From a virus (taxonomy: Duplodnaviria > Caudoviricetes): DNA of 51,187 bases. The notes beneath the pieces were generated by a model. It was not told the DNA's origin. It ran no database searches and saw only the letters and a program-made list of their open reading frames with translations. Where the stretch lies: positions 1 through 51,187 of IMG/VR virus record IMGVR_UViG_3300027752_000028. One strand, given 5' to 3'. Position 1 is the first letter of the stretch. Each line of letters starts with the position of its first letter. Made by a program: the position numbers and the translations under genes. Positions 17,310-26,169 of this stretch are shown here, in pieces.

Positions 17310-17803
17310 GTTTAGAACAAGAAACAAACCCCAAGCAAGACACACAAGAAAAGCAAGAAAGTAAAGTAATAAGTATGAAACCTATACAAGTTGAGCCTAA
17401 AAAGGAACAACTAACTGCTGATGGGGAAAAAATACTTCCCGACATTACTTTAAATATAATTCCCGTTCCAAAACCTAGAATGACACAAAGCGATAAATGG
17501 AAACAAAGACCCGCAACAAAAAAATATTGGAGGTATAAAGACGAACTAAAACAATTATGTTGGATATGTAGATGGCAACCTAAAGAGGTTTTAGATGTAA
17601 AATTTGTTATGCCTATGCCTATAAGTTGGAGCAAGAAAAAAAGAGAGAAAATGGATGGGCAACCTCATAAGCAAAGACCCGATTTAGATAATCTTGTAAA
17701 AGCATTTAAAGATGCTCTTTTAGTAGAAGATTCTCACGTTCACACTTACGGAACGATAAAAAAAGTTTGGGGAAGAAAAGGACAAGTAATTGTTCCAAGA
17801 TAA
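17306..17803 (+). CDS. rusA: RusA-like Holliday junction resolvase
   Basis: PVPKPRM, FVMPMP, RPDLDNLVKAFKDAL, EDSHV. Confidence 0.85.
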   Translation: MSLEQETNPKQDTQEKQESKVISMKPIQVEPKKEQLTADGEKILPDITLNIIPVPKPRMTQSDKWKQRPATKKYWRYKDELKQLCWICRWQPKEVLDVKFVMPMPISWSKKKREKMDGQPHKQRPDLDNLVKAFKDALLVEDSHVHTYGTIKKVWGRKGQVIVPR

Positions 17804-17812
17804 TTTCTACAA

Positions 17813-18280
17813 ATGAGTAAGGCACACAAAAACATAAACAAGGGTATATCAATCGTATTTGAAGAAATACATAAAACCATCTCCGCAGTTGGGGAGAGAG
17901 GGTTTATTGATATGCTTATAGAACTTAGAGAAGATAACCACCTTACTTACCAAAATGAAACCGCAAAATCTATTATTAAGATTGTTGCAAAGGAATTTGA
18001 GATGTCAGTTAAGGAGTTGCTATATGGTTCTAAGCGAATGACAGATAAGACACACGCATTAGGCATCATAACACATATTTTAATAAACGATTTTGAATTT
18101 ACACTTAAAGATGTATCGTTTGTTTTAAATAAAAATAACACAAATTTATCAAGGTATAAAAAAGATGTAGATAACTACGACCCAAACCACCCGATAGATT
18201 TAGAGAGAATAGAAAGATTAGAAAGCATAACACATCAGTTAAAATTAAAGAAACAAAATGAGCAAAGCACAAGCAAGTGA
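17813..18280 (+). CDS. HTH DNA-binding protein (DnaA C-terminal-like)
   Basis: IIKIVAKEFEMSVKELL..SKR and FTLKDVSFVLNKNNTNLS resemble the DnaA domain IV HTH. Confidence 0.55.
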   Translation: MSKAHKNINKGISIVFEEIHKTISAVGERGFIDMLIELREDNHLTYQNETAKSIIKIVAKEFEMSVKELLYGSKRMTDKTHALGIITHILINDFEFTLKDVSFVLNKNNTNLSRYKKDVDNYDPNHPIDLERIERLESITHQLKLKKQNEQSTSK

Positions 18281-19298
18281 TGATACCATCGAAAACGCAG
18301 AACCAATAGCAGAAAATGTATCGGTAGAGCAAAATGAAGATTTTTATTCGGGATTTAGCCCATTAGACGAACCCGTAAAAGAAAGGTCTTACACAAAAGG
18401 GAATGTAGATACAAAAGGACTAGAAGCAGAATTAGAAGAACCTACTTTTGATGCTCCAAACTTTTCTGATTTTGACGAGGAAAGCAAAGAGCCTTCTACA
18501 TTTAATCCCGCAATGGATAACTTGGACAAAAAAGAACAAATGTATGCTACCGAACAAATGGTAGATACTGTTTTAGATGTATATGGAAAAGCACACTTAC
18601 TAGCAAACAGAGTTACTAAAATCAAAGAGGATAAAATTGCTAAAGCAATGGAGGATGGAGAGATTGACCCATCACTTGAAGTTCCTATTGACAATATGGG
18701 TAACTCTTTGGGTCTTATGGACTATGTACAAGAGTACAACACACAACTTTCAGATGCAATTAAGCTAGAGGATGATTTTATAGAAAAAGTTAAGCCACCA
18801 ATGATTAGAGTGTTTCAAAAGAAAGGACTAGCAATGACTGATGAGCAGTTTTTAGCAGTTGCTTTTGGAACAGATATTTTAACAAAGGGTGCTATGATAT
18901 TTCAACTTGTAAAGCAAAACAACAAGTTAATGAGTATGTGGAAAGAACAGTCAAACTTTGTTCCTAAAACACAACCGAATAAATCAACTTCGGGTAATAC
19001 ACCACCGCCACCACAACCAACACAACAACCAACTCAAAACACCCCACCGCCACCAACCCCTACATTCTCTGAACCCGAAGAATTTTCAGCAGAATCTATG
19101 GTTGGAGATATGACGGGTATGAAAGAGAACTCTAATTTTGAAAACAGTAAGCCTTCTGATGGTATGCCTATATTTGGAGATAAAAATATTCTTTCTGATA
19201 TGGAGAAACTTGCTAAAAAAGAAAAAATCATAGATATAACACCAATAGAGGATTCTCCAAAGAAACGTAAAAGAGGTCGCCCTAAAAAAAGCAAATAA
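18258..19298 (+). CDS. Acidic hypothetical protein with Pro-rich linker and C-terminal AT-hook-like KRGRPKK
   Basis: 346-aa ORF just upstream of the ATPase. Confidence 0.8.
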   Translation: MSKAQASDDTIENAEPIAENVSVEQNEDFYSGFSPLDEPVKERSYTKGNVDTKGLEAELEEPTFDAPNFSDFDEESKEPSTFNPAMDNLDKKEQMYATEQMVDTVLDVYGKAHLLANRVTKIKEDKIAKAMEDGEIDPSLEVPIDNMGNSLGLMDYVQEYNTQLSDAIKLEDDFIEKVKPPMIRVFQKKGLAMTDEQFLAVAFGTDILTKGAMIFQLVKQNNKLMSMWKEQSNFVPKTQPNKSTSGNTPPPPQPTQQPTQNTPPPPTPTFSEPEEFSAESMVGDMTGMKENSNFENSKPSDGMPIFGDKNILSDMEKLAKKEKIIDITPIEDSPKKRKRGRPKKSK

Positions 19299-19453
19299 TG
19301 TTTAGCAAAGAGACAACAACTTTTGCTATTGGACATTTTTTTAGAACTTTTACTTTTAGCAATAAGAGTACTAGAAGTGAAAAAACCATATCCATAGATA
19401 ATAAGCATTTTGAGGGAGACCATTTATTAATAATTTACGAAAACACAAAGTAA
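19298..19453 (+). CDS. 51-aa hypothetical protein (not in ORF track)
   Basis: TAATG-coupled ATG; fills the gap exactly up to the ATPase start. Confidence 0.45.
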   Translation: MFSKETTTFAIGHFFRTFTFSNKSTRSEKTISIDNKHFEGDHLLIIYENTK

Positions 19454-19454
19454 T

Positions 19455-20267
19455 ATGAGAGAGCCAAAATTAGGTGTTGCGGTGGGAAAAAAAGGGGTAG
19501 GTAAAACTTACATAACAACAAAGATGATTAACTCTTATGTGAGGGGTAATCCAAGCAAAGGTGTAAAACCAAGACGAGCATTGGTATTAGACGTTAATGA
19601 TGAGTTTGTAGAGTACAAAGCATTACGATTAAAAGATGTTGCTAAATTTTCAGCACATCCCAAAATAGAAGCAAGAAGAATTAGACCATTTAATGATGAT
19701 GGTGTAAGAATGACTTTAAAAGAAATTCAAGATGCTCTTTTCAGTATATTAACTGATTATAGAGGCGGTTTATTGCTTATAGAGGATATTAACCGATATA
19801 TTTCTGACCACTTGCCAAATGACCTTGTAGGGGCTATTTGTACAAACAGACATACTGATACAGATATTATTATGCACTTTCAGTCTATCGGTAGAGTAAC
19901 ATCTAAAATATGGCAAAACATAAATTGGCTTAGATTCCATAAAAACACGGATAGCGTAGATAGGCATATAAAGAAATTTGAGGATAAATTTGAATATCTA
20001 AAAATTGCTGAAATGATGATTAATAAGCAGTACTATAATGGTAATGAAAGATTCTTTTTGTTTGTTGATATAGATGCTGAAAAAATACTAGGAGATTTTG
20101 ATAAAGCACTTTTGAACGAAGCTATTGATGATTATATTGAAAAATATTACCGAAAAATAATTGCTCCGATGCTGAAACAGAGAGATTTAAAGGGCAAGGT
20201 TAAATACAATCAAGCATCAGCAGTGAAGTTTGTTCGTGATAGGATTATAAAGAATTATTGCAGTTAA
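19455..20267 (+). CDS. FtsK/HerA-superfamily (A32/P9-like) genome packaging ATPase
   Basis: N-terminal Walker A GKKGVGKT, LVLD strand, Walker B LLLIED, arginine finger/sensor NRH...IIMHFQS; 270 aa with no nuclease domain; lies just before the capsid candidate. Confidence 0.8.
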   Translation: MREPKLGVAVGKKGVGKTYITTKMINSYVRGNPSKGVKPRRALVLDVNDEFVEYKALRLKDVAKFSAHPKIEARRIRPFNDDGVRMTLKEIQDALFSILTDYRGGLLLIEDINRYISDHLPNDLVGAICTNRHTDTDIIMHFQSIGRVTSKIWQNINWLRFHKNTDSVDRHIKKFEDKFEYLKIAEMMINKQYYNGNERFFLFVDIDAEKILGDFDKALLNEAIDDYIEKYYRKIIAPMLKQRDLKGKVKYNQASAVKFVRDRIIKNYCS

Positions 20268-20336
20268 AGATTAAATATAACTAATTAGTTGTAATTAAAG
20301 GTTATGTTGGTTAATAATTATTATGCTTTGAAATAA

Positions 20337-20344
20337 TATATTTG
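20337..20344 (+). promoter_or_regulatory. Candidate -7 promoter box (TATATTTG) for the capsid transcript
   Basis: TAnnTTTG in the AT-rich gap before 20405. Confidence 0.5.
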
Positions 20345-20404
20345 CGTATGTACAATTCTGTAATTGTGCTAAAACAAATTATTAACCTTTAAATTCATTC
20401 TGAA

Positions 20405-20533
20405 ATGGATACAAAAAAACTTGTAATGCTAGTAGGTAAAGTTCTTACTGTAACTGCGGGAGTATTAGTCGCTTTTCAAGTTCAAACTTATATGGATAGA
20501 AGTCGTGTGTCAGCACCGACAACTGCCGAATAA
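20405..20533 (+). CDS. 42-aa hydrophobic protein co-transcribed with the capsid gene (not in ORF track)
   Basis: MDTKKLVMLVGKVLTVTAGVLVAFQVQTYMDRSRVSAPTTAE. Confidence 0.7.
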   Translation: MDTKKLVMLVGKVLTVTAGVLVAFQVQTYMDRSRVSAPTTAE

Positions 20534-20574
20534 GTCAATGGACAAACAATTATTTTAATTTAAAAATTTGAAAA

Positions 20575-21261
20575 ATGTCAAATATTCGTAAATATTTAGC
20601 AGATGCGAGAGCAACTGCGAACGAAAACTTCTCCAATGCGGGAGGTTTCGCTGATGACGGTGCTATGAATGGCTTTAGTGCTATGAATGGTGGAGGTATG
20701 GCTTCCGCACCAACATCACAACCTTATATTGTAACAGTAACCTCAACAGCCGTAGTTGCAACAGTAAATTTTGCAGTCCTTGGTTCTTATGAGTTTATCA
20801 ACAACGCAGGTTTTACTGCGGGTGGAGATTTAGTTATAGGTTTAGTTACAGTTTCAAGTGGAATTAGTGGTATTAACTACCGTGAAATGCTTTATCAATT
20901 TATGCAAAATCCTTTTAGCGTAGGTTTAACTTACTTGCAGTCAGCTACGGCTAACCAAGTACTTGAAACTCTTGCTATTAATACGAGAGATGCAAATGGT
21001 AATGAAGCACAAAAAACGTTAGTGCCTACCATTGACCCTTACCAACAACAGTCTACTATTGTAGCAATGCGTTATGGGTATAGAATTGATGGATTCACGA
21101 AGATTATTATTTCTAATGTTTTAGCTGCGGCTACTGTGAAATTATACTTCTACCCATCTGATAATATCAATTTAGCTAGAGGATTAGCGGGTCGCCCCGT
21201 GTCCGAAGCATTTGGTAATCCAGGCATCGTTAAAGCCCAAACAATTAGATTGCAAGGGTAA
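20575..21261 (+). CDS. Putative major capsid protein (beta-rich, probably single jelly-roll) with a Gly-rich N-terminal arm
   Basis: Follows the packaging ATPase, has its own promoter and terminator, low Lys content, alternating beta-strand pattern and a paralogue at 34712. The fold is inferred. Confidence 0.6.
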   Translation: MSNIRKYLADARATANENFSNAGGFADDGAMNGFSAMNGGGMASAPTSQPYIVTVTSTAVVATVNFAVLGSYEFINNAGFTAGGDLVIGLVTVSSGISGINYREMLYQFMQNPFSVGLTYLQSATANQVLETLAINTRDANGNEAQKTLVPTIDPYQQQSTIVAMRYGYRIDGFTKIIISNVLAAATVKLYFYPSDNINLARGLAGRPVSEAFGNPGIVKAQTIRLQG

Positions 21262-21296
21262 TAAGTAGAATGTATTTCGGTACAGATAAACTTTAT

Positions 21297-21336
21297 AAAA
21301 AGGTGTGTGGCATAATGCTCCACACCTTTTTTTTTT
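21297..21336 (+). terminator. Rho-independent terminator after the capsid gene
   Basis: AAAAGGTGTG-tggcataatgctc-CACACCTTTT followed by a T tract. Confidence 0.85.
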
Positions 21337-21348
21337 AAAATTTAAGAT

Positions 21349-21750
21349 ATGACAACAGTTTACGATTATATTGCTAATAATAATCCCCAAGGTGCAAAAG
21401 ACTTATGTGAAACCTATGGGTATAGAGTTACAAATCCAAACTCAATGAGCCAAAACTTAAAAACTTTGGTAAACAACGAGGGTAAAGATGCTTTAGAATC
21501 TATGATGGACTTGCATCCCGATAAAGAAATAATTTTACAATACTTTTCTAAGCCAACTCCTAAAGAAGATAAATCTGATTGCGGTTGCTTAAATAATATT
21601 AATACACCACAAGTTTTAGAAAGATTCTTAAACGCAAGTGGTAAACAAGACAATAGTGAAGCGAAAGCATTAGCTACAAATACAAACACAATAATATTTG
21701 CTTCTTGCTTGGTTTTGGCAGTTGCTATAATTTTTAAAAACGATAAATAA
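21349..21750 (+). CDS. Putative virion protein with C-terminal TM
   Basis: HPDKEII, CGC, FLNASG; C-terminal IIFASCLVLAVAIIFK. Confidence 0.8.
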   Translation: MTTVYDYIANNNPQGAKDLCETYGYRVTNPNSMSQNLKTLVNNEGKDALESMMDLHPDKEIILQYFSKPTPKEDKSDCGCLNNINTPQVLERFLNASGKQDNSEAKALATNTNTIIFASCLVLAVAIIFKNDK

Positions 21751-22802
21751 TGGTAAGAAGTGAAAATTTTGGAACTTTAATCGGAAGATTAGTTCACAGA
21801 AATAAAAAATCAATAATCTCATTTATGAGAAGTCAAGGAATCAATATTAGCTTTAATGCAACTACTAGGCAAGTGATAGATGCACTTTTTGTAGCTTTTA
21901 AATCAAAAAAGTTTAGAGAAGCATTTATGTCTTGGACTAGAGGTTTGTCTAAAGGTATGTCTAAAGGTGGTTCTTCAAACATTGGAGGTTCTCAAAGCTA
22001 TGCAAGTGGTAATTTTGACCCAATGGCAACTCAAAGTGGAGGTTTTACTCCTATGGACACCCAAAATGGTGCAAACTTAAAAGGAGATAGATTTTCAAAT
22101 ACAAGTGGTAATTTTAGCACAATGGACACTCAAAGCGGAGGATTTACTCCTATTGATACTCAAAGCGGAGCAGACCTTAAAGGTGGTTTCTCTAGGGTAA
22201 GTGGTACTTTTACACCTATGTCTGCACAAGGTATGGGTAAAGAGTTTGATGCTATGAGTAGTCAACAAGGTGCAGACCTTAAAAGTGGCGGTTTCTCTAA
22301 CGCAGATGGTAATTTTAGTACAATGGACACTCAAAGCGGTGGATTTACACCAATGGACACTCAAAATGGTTCTGATTTAAAAAGTGGTGGATTCTCAAAC
22401 TCAAATGGCGATGGTGGTTTTGGAGGATATACGGGAGACGAGTTTGATGATGTTACTACTTCTCCTTCTACGGGTGGAGGTGGTGGCGGTGGTTTCTTTG
22501 ATGGTTTTGACGTAGGAGATGCTTTAGGTATTTTAAATACGGGTATTGGTGTATATAGCCAAAGTGATACAAATAAAACCAATAGACAGATTGCAAATGC
22601 TCAATTAGAAAACACAAGGCTACAATTAGAAGCAATGAGAGAGAAAGGCGAAATTGACAAAGCTGAATTTGATAGAAGAATGGCTTTAGCTAATTCAACT
22701 GCAAGTGGTGGAGGTTCAAAAATGGCACTTTATATTGTTGGTGGTGTAGTTTTAGTTGGTGCTTTAGGTACTGCTATTTATTTTGCAACTCGTAAAAAGT
22801 AA
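21750..22802 (+). CDS. Gly-rich putative virion protein with about 33-aa internal repeats and C-terminal TM
   Basis: Repeats of GNFSTMDTQSGGFTPMDTQNGADLK(S)GGFSN; C-terminal ALYIVGGVVLVGALGTAIYFATRKK. Confidence 0.85.
   Translation: MVRSENFGTLIGRLVHRNKKSIISFMRSQGINISFNATTRQVIDALFVAFKSKKFREAFMSWTRGLSKGMSKGGSSNIGGSQSYASGNFDPMATQSGGFTPMDTQNGANLKGDRFSNTSGNFSTMDTQSGGFTPIDTQSGADLKGGFSRVSGTFTPMSAQGMGKEFDAMSSQQGADLKSGGFSNADGNFSTMDTQSGGFTPMDTQNGSDLKSGGFSNSNGDGGFGGYTGDEFDDVTTSPSTGGGGGGGFFDGFDVGDALGILNTGIGVYSQSDTNKTNRQIANAQLENTRLQLEAMREKGEIDKAEFDRRMALANSTASGGGSKMALYIVGGVVLVGALGTAIYFATRKK
22003..22409 (+). repeat. Four imperfect coding repeats of about 96-105 bp
   Basis: Recurring aattttag.acaatggacactcaaagcgg.ggatttac units. 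Confidence 0.85.
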
Positions 22803-22807
22803 AAGAT

Positions 22808-22957
22808 TTGTTTGACGATATATCATTTGATGATGAATTAAGGGAACAAGCAGACAAGGAAGGTATATTTAAAAGTTCTGACTTAAAATTTTACCTTCTA
22901 ACATTTGCATTTGTTGGTATTGGGGCTTTTATTATGATAAAATATTCTAAAAAATGA
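22808..22957 (+). CDS. 49-aa C-anchored membrane protein (TTG start; not in ORF track)
   Basis: ...FYLLTFAFVGIGAFIMIKYSKK; ATGA overlap with the next gene. Confidence 0.6.
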   Translation: MFDDISFDDELREQADKEGIFKSSDLKFYLLTFAFVGIGAFIMIKYSKK

Positions 22958-23184
22958 ATGGAACTGATATAATAGAGAACAACAATAAGTTAATTAATGG
23001 CGATAGTAAAAAGCAGTTAATGACTAGAACTAAAGGCACTGTACAAGGTGCTTTTACGGGTTTAGTCGGTGGTGTTATGTTTGGGTACTTTAAAGGTAAA
23101 AACATCTACACAACGGGCTTTGTTGGACTATTAATAGGCGGTACTGTTTCAGCTATTATGATTGGTAATTTTTCTAAAGAATAA
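22954..23184 (+). CDS. Small Gly-rich two-helix membrane protein
   Basis: GAFTGLVGGVMFG / GFVGLLIGG glycine-zipper pattern. Confidence 0.8.
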   Translation: MNGTDIIENNNKLINGDSKKQLMTRTKGTVQGAFTGLVGGVMFGYFKGKNIYTTGFVGLLIGGTVSAIMIGNFSKE

Positions 23185-23187
23185 TAT

Positions 23188-23292
23188 ATGTTTGAGAACC
23201 TAGACAAAGAAACCAAAGAAATATATATGATAGCGGGAGTTATTGGTTTATTGGGTGTTTCAGTAATACTATATAAGACAAGAAAAAAATGA
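23188..23292 (+). CDS. 34-aa membrane protein (not in ORF track)
   Basis: MFENLDKETKEIYMIAGVIGLLGVSVILYKTRKK. Confidence 0.7.
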   Translation: MFENLDKETKEIYMIAGVIGLLGVSVILYKTRKK

Positions 23293-23417
23293 AATTTAAA
23301 CATCCAAAAGACACAAAGAGTTTTTTTATAGGTATGATAGCATCTATTTCGGCAGTTATATTATGGGATGTGATTAAGTACAGAAAAAATTTATTAGAAT
23401 TTAAAAAAGATAAATAA
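23289..23417 (+). CDS. 42-aa membrane protein (not in ORF track)
   Basis: MKFKHPKDTKSFFIGMIASISAVILWDVIKYRK...; coupled at both ends. Confidence 0.7.
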   Translation: MKFKHPKDTKSFFIGMIASISAVILWDVIKYRKNLLEFKKDK

Positions 23418-23575
23418 TGGCAAAAGTACCCGAAGAATTAGCAAATAAAATGAGAGAATCTTACCTCGTAAGACAAGATGAAAAAAAAGCTAAAAAAAAG
23501 CTAAAAATAATTTATATTGGTGGTGCAGTAGTAATACTCGGTATAGTATCATACTTTATATTTAAAAAGAAATAA
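23417..23575 (+). CDS. 52-aa C-anchored membrane protein (not in ORF track)
   Basis: ...IIYIGGAVVILGIVSYFIFKKK. Confidence 0.75.
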   Translation: MAKVPEELANKMRESYLVRQDEKKAKKKLKIIYIGGAVVILGIVSYFIFKKK

Positions 23576-23577
23576 TT

Positions 23578-23706
23578 ATGGCAAACGCATATATGACCGC
23601 ACTAGCAAAGGCTCGAAAGAGTGGTGCAAGTAGTTTTAGTTACAAGGGAAAGACTTATAGTAAGTCTAAAACAAAAACGGGATTAGTAATTTATAAAGCA
23701 AAGTAA
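23578..23706 (+). CDS. 42-aa highly basic protein, possible DNA-condensing core protein (not in ORF track)
   Basis: MANAYMTALAKARKSGASSFSYKGKTYSKSKTKTGLVIYKAK; no acidic residues. Confidence 0.7.
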   Translation: MANAYMTALAKARKSGASSFSYKGKTYSKSKTKTGLVIYKAK

Positions 23707-23707
23707 A

Positions 23708-23806
23708 ATGGAAAAATACACATCGATTTTTAAGCAAAAGAATTATTATATTGGAATGGCGGTAGGAATTGCGGGTGTTCTCATTTATCAAAAACTTATG
23801 AAGTAA
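23708..23806 (+). CDS. 32-aa membrane protein (not in ORF track)
   Basis: MEKYTSIFKQKNYYIGMAVGIAGVLIYQKLMK. Confidence 0.7.
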   Translation: MEKYTSIFKQKNYYIGMAVGIAGVLIYQKLMK

Positions 23807-23809
23807 TCT

Positions 23810-24166
23810 ATGAAAAAATTAAAAACAAGTCAATGGTTACTACTAGGTGGTGCTATTGGATTAGCTTATATTCTTTACAATAAAAGCAAAAGCAAAGGTT
23901 CAGACTTAATCGAAGATGCTTTAAGTGAAGTTTCTAGTGGTGGCACAAAGCCAATGCAAGGATATGAAACGGGTGGAGTAAAACCAATGCCATCAAGTCC
24001 AACTACAACTGTTACACAAGGTACGGGAATTGTTCCCGACAAAATGTTAAGATGTAAAGATTTAGTTGCTCAATGGAGAGTAATTGAAGCAAAAACAACT
24101 TGGGCAAACAAAACTGCTATGCTTAAAGCAAGAGCAAGTTTTTTAGGTGCTTGTAATACTAAATAA
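23810..24166 (+). CDS. N-anchored membrane protein with a two-Cys C-terminal domain
   Basis: WLLLGGAIGLAYILYNK. Confidence 0.8.
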   Translation: MKKLKTSQWLLLGGAIGLAYILYNKSKSKGSDLIEDALSEVSSGGTKPMQGYETGGVKPMPSSPTTTVTQGTGIVPDKMLRCKDLVAQWRVIEAKTTWANKTAMLKARASFLGACNTK

Positions 24167-24175
24167 TAGTAAATT

Positions 24176-24550
24176 ATGAAAAAAACATTTAAGAATGTTC
24201 TAATTGGTGGTGGAGTATTAGGTTTGGTCTATTTTCTATATCTTAAATTTGGTAAAGGAAAGCCAAAGCAAGATGCAGTGTTAAATTTAGGTAAGCCAAT
24301 ATCTAAACAGACAACACAGACAACACAGACAACACAAGCTACACCAACACCAACACCAACACAACCAATGGTAGTTTATGGTGGAAGTGGTGGTAAAGGA
24401 GGTGGACATTGGACACAAACCTTTCCCGATACAGTACCTATGCCAACACAAGAAGGTCATACAACAGAGGGAAATAATCAGTCGGGAGGTAAAGTGCCAA
24501 TTCAAATAGTACTACCTAGTGTAGATAATACAAGCAACACACAATTATAA
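24176..24550 (+). CDS. N-anchored membrane protein with a Thr/Pro-rich stalk
   Basis: VLIGGGVLGLVYFLYLKF; QTTQTTQTTQATPTPTPT. Confidence 0.8.
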   Translation: MKKTFKNVLIGGGVLGLVYFLYLKFGKGKPKQDAVLNLGKPISKQTTQTTQTTQATPTPTPTQPMVVYGGSGGKGGGHWTQTFPDTVPMPTQEGHTTEGNNQSGGKVPIQIVLPSVDNTSNTQL

Positions 24551-24554
24551 AACT

Positions 24555-24707
24555 ATGGCTAAAGGAAAACTTATTTATTGGGGAATTATAATAGTGGGTA
24601 TTGGAGCAATATCTTATATGTATTTTTTGTCAGATGTGGCAAATAAAGATACAGATGCAGATGTTATTGATGAGATATTAGAAGAACAAAACTTAGAAAC
24701 AAATTAA
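24555..24707 (+). CDS. 50-aa N-anchored membrane protein with acidic tail (not in ORF track)
   Basis: MAKGKLIYWGIIIVGIGAISYMYFL... Confidence 0.7.
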   Translation: MAKGKLIYWGIIIVGIGAISYMYFLSDVANKDTDADVIDEILEEQNLETN

Positions 24708-24712
24708 AAGTT

Positions 24713-25081
24713 ATGAGACAAGTATTAGGTAGGGGTGTAGGAAGTTGGACTTCAAATAAAGATGCAGAATTTTCAAATTTTATTTTTGGGAATAACGATT
24801 TTATAAATGACTTTAGAGATAGTCTAATTGAAAAGGCAAGGCTAAAGGCTTTAGCAGATAAAAAAGCTAAAAAGGAAGCAGAAGCTAACACTAAAGAAGA
24901 TGAAGTAGTATCAGATAAAAATTTAGGATTAGAGGGAGATACACCAACACCAACCGAAGTTGAATTATTAGAAAAACAACGTATGTTGGAACTTCGTATG
25001 AAAAAACCACCATATTTGCTTTATGGAGGTATTGGATTGGTTGTTATTGTAGGAGCAATCTTTATATTTACAAGAAAGTAA
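24713..25081 (+). CDS. C-anchored membrane protein
   Basis: YLLYGGIGLVVIVGAIFIFTRK. Confidence 0.8.
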   Translation: MRQVLGRGVGSWTSNKDAEFSNFIFGNNDFINDFRDSLIEKARLKALADKKAKKEAEANTKEDEVVSDKNLGLEGDTPTPTEVELLEKQRMLELRMKKPPYLLYGGIGLVVIVGAIFIFTRK

Positions 25082-25120
25082 CAAGACACACAAAATAGTA
25101 TAAACTAAAAATCTGATTTA

Positions 25121-25396
25121 ATGAGTTTTTTAAGTGCGAATCAACAATATAAGTTAAGCGGTTCATCTCTTAGTTTTACAGAATGGATTGAAAGAGAAAA
25201 AGCAAAAGGTGTTGTGATACCAAAAGAGGGAGTAACAGATGTTTTTGAAACAGAAATGTCAAAAGTAGAGCAAGAAGTAGAAGTAGAGCCAAAAAATTCT
25301 AAAAGAGTTTTAGGCTTAAATAGAAATATGCTAATGCTTTCGGGATTAGTAATTGTTGGTGCTATCGCTTATAAGTTTTATGCAAATAAAAAATGA
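25121..25396 (+). CDS. C-anchored membrane protein
   Basis: MLMLSGLVIVGAIAYKFYANKK. Confidence 0.8.
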   Translation: MSFLSANQQYKLSGSSLSFTEWIEREKAKGVVIPKEGVTDVFETEMSKVEQEVEVEPKNSKRVLGLNRNMLMLSGLVIVGAIAYKFYANKK

Positions 25397-26166
25397 CATA
25401 TAAAGTAGACACACGATACCAACAGATGATGCTAGGCATTACTGTTCAAGTTTCAAAACCAACAAAAGTTAGGTTGAAAGTTGTGGATGCAGAAAAGCCA
25501 AGTACTGTTTTTACTAACAGATACAAGAGCATAAATCAAAACTTTAAGTTTTTTGTTCGTCTACCATTAACCCCTCAAGGGGTAAATATAGTATTAAGTG
25601 ATGATGAAAATGGGGGAGATATTAGCAATAGGGTTAGAGTAATAAATATTGAGAAGTTAGGTCTTGAAAAAAGAATGGATGAGGTTGATATAAACAATTA
25701 TTCAGTTATGTCTTTTGTTGATTTTGCTCAAAAATTTAGTTTTAACGCATCGTATTTAGAACCAAACAACTATGTTAGTGAGTTTGAGAATTACAGAATA
25801 GAATACCTACCAACTATTATTGATAAAAATGGTAGAGAATTAAAAACACCCGCTAGGATAAGTAATTCAACGGGTAGAATACAAGTATCAAAAAAGTATT
25901 TCAAGGACTACACAGTACCTATGAGAATGGCTATTTTGCTACACGAATTTGCACATTTTTATCTTAATGAAAATATTGAAGATGAGATTGAAGCAGACTT
26001 AAACGGATTGTTGATTTATTTAGGGCTTGGCTACCCCCGTATAGATGGATATGAAGCCTTTTTGAGAGTTTTTGAAGGAACACCATCGCAAGAAAATAAA
26101 GTAAGGTATGATGTGATAAACAAGTTCATACAAGATTTTGAGAACAAAAAATATGTAATTTATTAA
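25393..26166 (+). CDS. Zincin-like metallopeptidase (HExxH), candidate maturation protease
   Basis: AILLHEFAHF followed by EIEAD (third Zn ligand pattern of M48/ImmA-IrrE-like zincins). Confidence 0.75.
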   Translation: MTYKVDTRYQQMMLGITVQVSKPTKVRLKVVDAEKPSTVFTNRYKSINQNFKFFVRLPLTPQGVNIVLSDDENGGDISNRVRVINIEKLGLEKRMDEVDINNYSVMSFVDFAQKFSFNASYLEPNNYVSEFENYRIEYLPTIIDKNGRELKTPARISNSTGRIQVSKKYFKDYTVPMRMAILLHEFAHFYLNENIEDEIEADLNGLLIYLGLGYPRIDGYEAFLRVFEGTPSQENKVRYDVINKFIQDFENKKYVIY

Positions 26167-26169
26167 GAT

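Noticed and set aside
19455-20267. Terminase large subunit or conjugative VirB4/VirD4
   Set aside because: It is too short, has no nuclease domain and no T4SS genes nearby; the RH...Q motif and position fit A32/P9-type ATPases.
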